Positions 63,702-64,000 of a stretch of DNA of 64,000 nt are shown here, in pieces. The notes under the pieces are model-generated. The model was not told the DNA's origin. It saw only the letters and a list, made by a program, of their open reading frames with translations, and made no database searches. This DNA is from Lama guanicoe. Taxonomy: Eukaryota. Within the stretch, counting starts at the first letter, position 1. Each line of letters begins with the position of its first letter. The stretch spans positions 2,728,001-2,792,000 of the forward strand of contig MU053881.1 of the NCBI GenBank assembly GCA_013239625.1, in the 5' to 3' direction. Made by a program: the position numbers and the translations under genes.

Positions 63702-63875
63702 CTAGGAGAGAAGCTCCAGGAGCAGTCTCCAGATGTGCACGGTACCAGGGTTCTCGAAGCCAGGTCCTGCAGGGGCGATGCTGGCCGCCAAGAGGAAAAC
63801 TTCCCGTTGGTTATCGACAGCCTGCAGGCCCAGCTCCTGCTGCAGCTCCACCATGCTCATGGCCTCGCTCAGGTC
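63702..63875 (-). CDS. ARL10: ARF-like GTPase 10, last coding exon (upstream exons beyond the window end)
   Basis: CAG acceptor; [57 protein letters not shown]; position matches the known ARL10-NOP16-HIGD2A-CLTB-FAF2 order. Confidence 0.92.
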   Translation of the reverse strand, partial: DLSEAMSMVELQQELGLQAVDNQREVFLLAASIAPAGPGFENPGTVHIWRLLLELLS

Positions 63876-64000
63876 CTGGGGGGAGACAAAGTCAGCACTG
63901 GCAGTGTCTCCCAACAACACCCCCTTGTTACCCAGATAATAAGCTTCTCTGGCTACCCCAGGGGAACACCAGGGCCTAAGTTCCCAGAGGCGGCCCCTGG

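Overview
Mammalian genomic DNA, most likely a camelid (inferred from repeated Vic-1-like tRNA-derived SINEs and a 228-aa, artiodactyl-length CLTB). It covers the conserved block FAF2 (exon 1 and part of intron 1, - strand), CLTB (complete, 6 exons including the neuronal exon, +), HIGD2A (complete, -), NOP16 (complete, +) and ARL10 (last exon, -). The three complete genes splice with GT-AG boundaries into intact ORFs. Much of the rest is L1, SINE, LTR, DNA-transposon, MIR and L2 sequence. The main surprise is a ~1.5 kb minus-strand segment between NOP16 and ARL10 (~59520-61020). It has a splice acceptor, a Kozak ATG and three successive CARD-like (death-fold) modules broken by stops and frameshifts, making it a candidate decayed tandem-CARD adaptor gene in the ARL10 3' region. 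That call rests on by-eye alignment to CARD sequences recalled from memory and needs HMM and synteny confirmation.
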